64,000 bases of DNA from an uncultured Coxiellaceae bacterium (lineage in GTDB: Bacteria > Pseudomonadota > Gammaproteobacteria > DSM-16500), in the NCBI GenBank assembly GCA_964449835.1, contig CAYVBZ010000002.1:6837-70836 (forward strand), in the 5' to 3' direction. Of the stretch, positions 62,964-64,000 are shown piece by piece (positions within the stretch are counted from its first letter, which is position 1; each line of letters starts with the position of its first letter). The position numbers and the translations under genes were made by a program. The notes under the pieces are model-generated. The model made no database searches, was not told where the DNA came from, and saw only the letters and a program-made list of their open reading frames with translations.

Positions 62964-64000
62964 TCAATCGTTGCCGGCGGTTTACCCGTCACATCATAAA
63001 CCACGCGGGAAATGCCGGGCACTTCGTTAATAATGCGGTTTGAAACCTGCGCGAGAAATACATGCGGTAACTCAGCCCAATGGGCTGTCATAAAATCCGT
63101 GGTTTCCACCACGCGCAGGGCGATCACGTCATCATAATGTCTGCGGTCCCCAATCACGCCTACTGATTTCACGGCCAAAAAAACAGCAAAGGCTTGGCTC
63201 ACTTGCTGATAGAGTTTCGCCTGATAAAGTTCGTCGATTAAAATTGCGTCCGCGCGACGCAATTTATCTAGGTATTCTTTTTTCACCTCACCCAATATCC
63301 GCACAGCCAAACCTGGTCCTGGGAAAGGATGACGATAGACCAACTCCTCCGGCAAGCCCAATTCGAGACCCAGCTTTCTCACCTCGTCTTTAAAAAGTTC
63401 TCGCAAGGGTTCCAATAATTTAAGCCGCATGGTTTTTGGCAACCCGCCCACATTGTGATGAGACTTAATGACCTGGGCTTTTCCGGTTTGCGTGCCGGCC
63501 GATTCAATAACATCGGAATAGATCGTTCCCTGGGCCAACCAATGGGCACCTTTAATTTTCAAGGCCTCTTCTTCAAAAATTTGAATAAAGAGCATGCCGA
63601 TGATTTTTCTCTTTTGCTCTGGGTTGGTCACGCCCTTTAAGGCCACCAAGAAGCGTTTTTCCGCGGGCACCGTGATTAAGTGAATGCCTAAATGTTTAGC
63701 GAACAAAGCCTTCACTTGCTCGGCTTCTTCTAAGCGCAACAAACCCGTGTCTACAAAAATACAGGTCAGTTGATTGCCGATGGCACGATGCAGCAAGGCA
63801 GCTAAAACGGAAGAGTCGACCCCTCCGGAAAGGGCCAAAATAACCTGATCATTTTTAACTTTTTCGCGTATATCCCCGATCAGCTCTTCAATAATGTGAG
63901 AAGGGGTCCAATTGGGCCGACAGGCGCAAAGGTCCAGAACAAAACGCTCTAAAATTTTCTGTCCTTGTGGGGTATGCGTCACTTCTGGATGAAATTGCAG
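62954..64000 (-). CDS. guaA: GMP synthase (glutamine-hydrolysing), C-terminal ATP-pyrophosphatase and dimerisation part; 5' end lies outside the window
   Basis: [12 protein letters not shown]-loop and C-terminal ..[16 protein letters not shown]. Frame is open to nt 64000. Confidence 0.9.
   Translation of the reverse strand: MQFHPEVTHTPQGQKILERFVLDLCACRPNWTPSHIIEELIGDIREKVKNDQVILALSGGVDSSVLAALLHRAIGNQLTCIFVDTGLLRLEEAEQVKALFAKHLGIHLITVPAEKRFLVALKGVTNPEQKRKIIGMLFIQIFEEEALKIKGAHWLAQGTIYSDVIESAGTQTGKAQVIKSHHNVGGLPKTMRLKLLEPLRELFKDEVRKLGLELGLPEELVYRHPFPGPGLAVRILGEVKKEYLDKLRRADAILIDELYQAKLYQQVSQAFAVFLAVKSVGVIGDRRHYDDVIALRVVETTDFMTAHWAELPHVFLAQVSNRIINEVPGISRVVYDVTGKPPATIEWE

Noticed and set aside
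1-64000. CRISPR arrays, rRNA genes, intact tRNAs, integrases, prophage or conjugation genes
   Set aside because: My reading of both strands found no regularly spaced direct repeats, no rRNA-like conserved blocks and no complete cloverleaf. The only mobile-element trace is the TnpB remnant at 24239-24484.

Overview
64-kb bacterial chromosomal window. Housekeeping synteny looks gammaproteobacterial: metK-metH-metF, ffh-rpsP-rimM-trmD-rplS and tadA-guaA. About nt 1-43,200 is one very large, mosaic cell-surface glycan locus (LPS O-antigen or capsule type). It has two separate heptose-type nucleotide-sugar lines. The first (2264-5888) is a GHMP kinase, nucleotidyltransferase, SIS isomerase and GmhB phosphatase cassette followed by a small transaldolase. 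The second (33618-43162) is an 11-gene minus-strand operon with a split transketolase, two more SIS isomerases, two extended SDRs, a nucleotidyltransferase, an HldE-like fusion in reversed domain order, a HAD hydrolase, a choline-kinase-like phosphotransferase and a methyltransferase. The locus also holds three Zn-ribbon sugar C-methyltransferase-like genes, further methyltransferases, a radical SAM-TPR protein, a PhyH-like dioxygenase, two acyltransferase-3 genes, an MBOAT with an SGNH-like partner, a methyltransferase-GT2 fusion next to a GT-C-like membrane protein, and two large uncharacterised paralogs. The locus is visibly decaying and rearranged. There are two DegT aminotransferase remnants, one internally deleted and lacking the PLP lysine. 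A truncated GT2 gene abuts an IS200/IS605 TnpB C-terminal remnant that keeps its 3' hairpin. A tRNA-Thr-like 3' fragment, a low-GC secreted SASA-type esterase and a truncated second MBOAT copy follow. A GC-rich Zn-ADH plus a DUF4143-type AAA ATPase interrupt the locus at 31-33.5 kb. Downstream lie methyl-cycle genes (adenosine kinase-like, metF, metH, metK), then two candidate eukaryote-interacting proteins: an ankyrin-repeat protein and an orphan polytopic protein ending in a CaaX-like CTIL. These two proteins hint at an intracellular or amoeba-associated lineage such as Legionellales, but that is inference only. The window ends with the ribosomal/SRP operon, an MscK-like channel, tadA and guaA. 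No rRNA, intact tRNA or CRISPR array was seen. All calls rest on reading motifs in the supplied translations and DNA; no database search was run.
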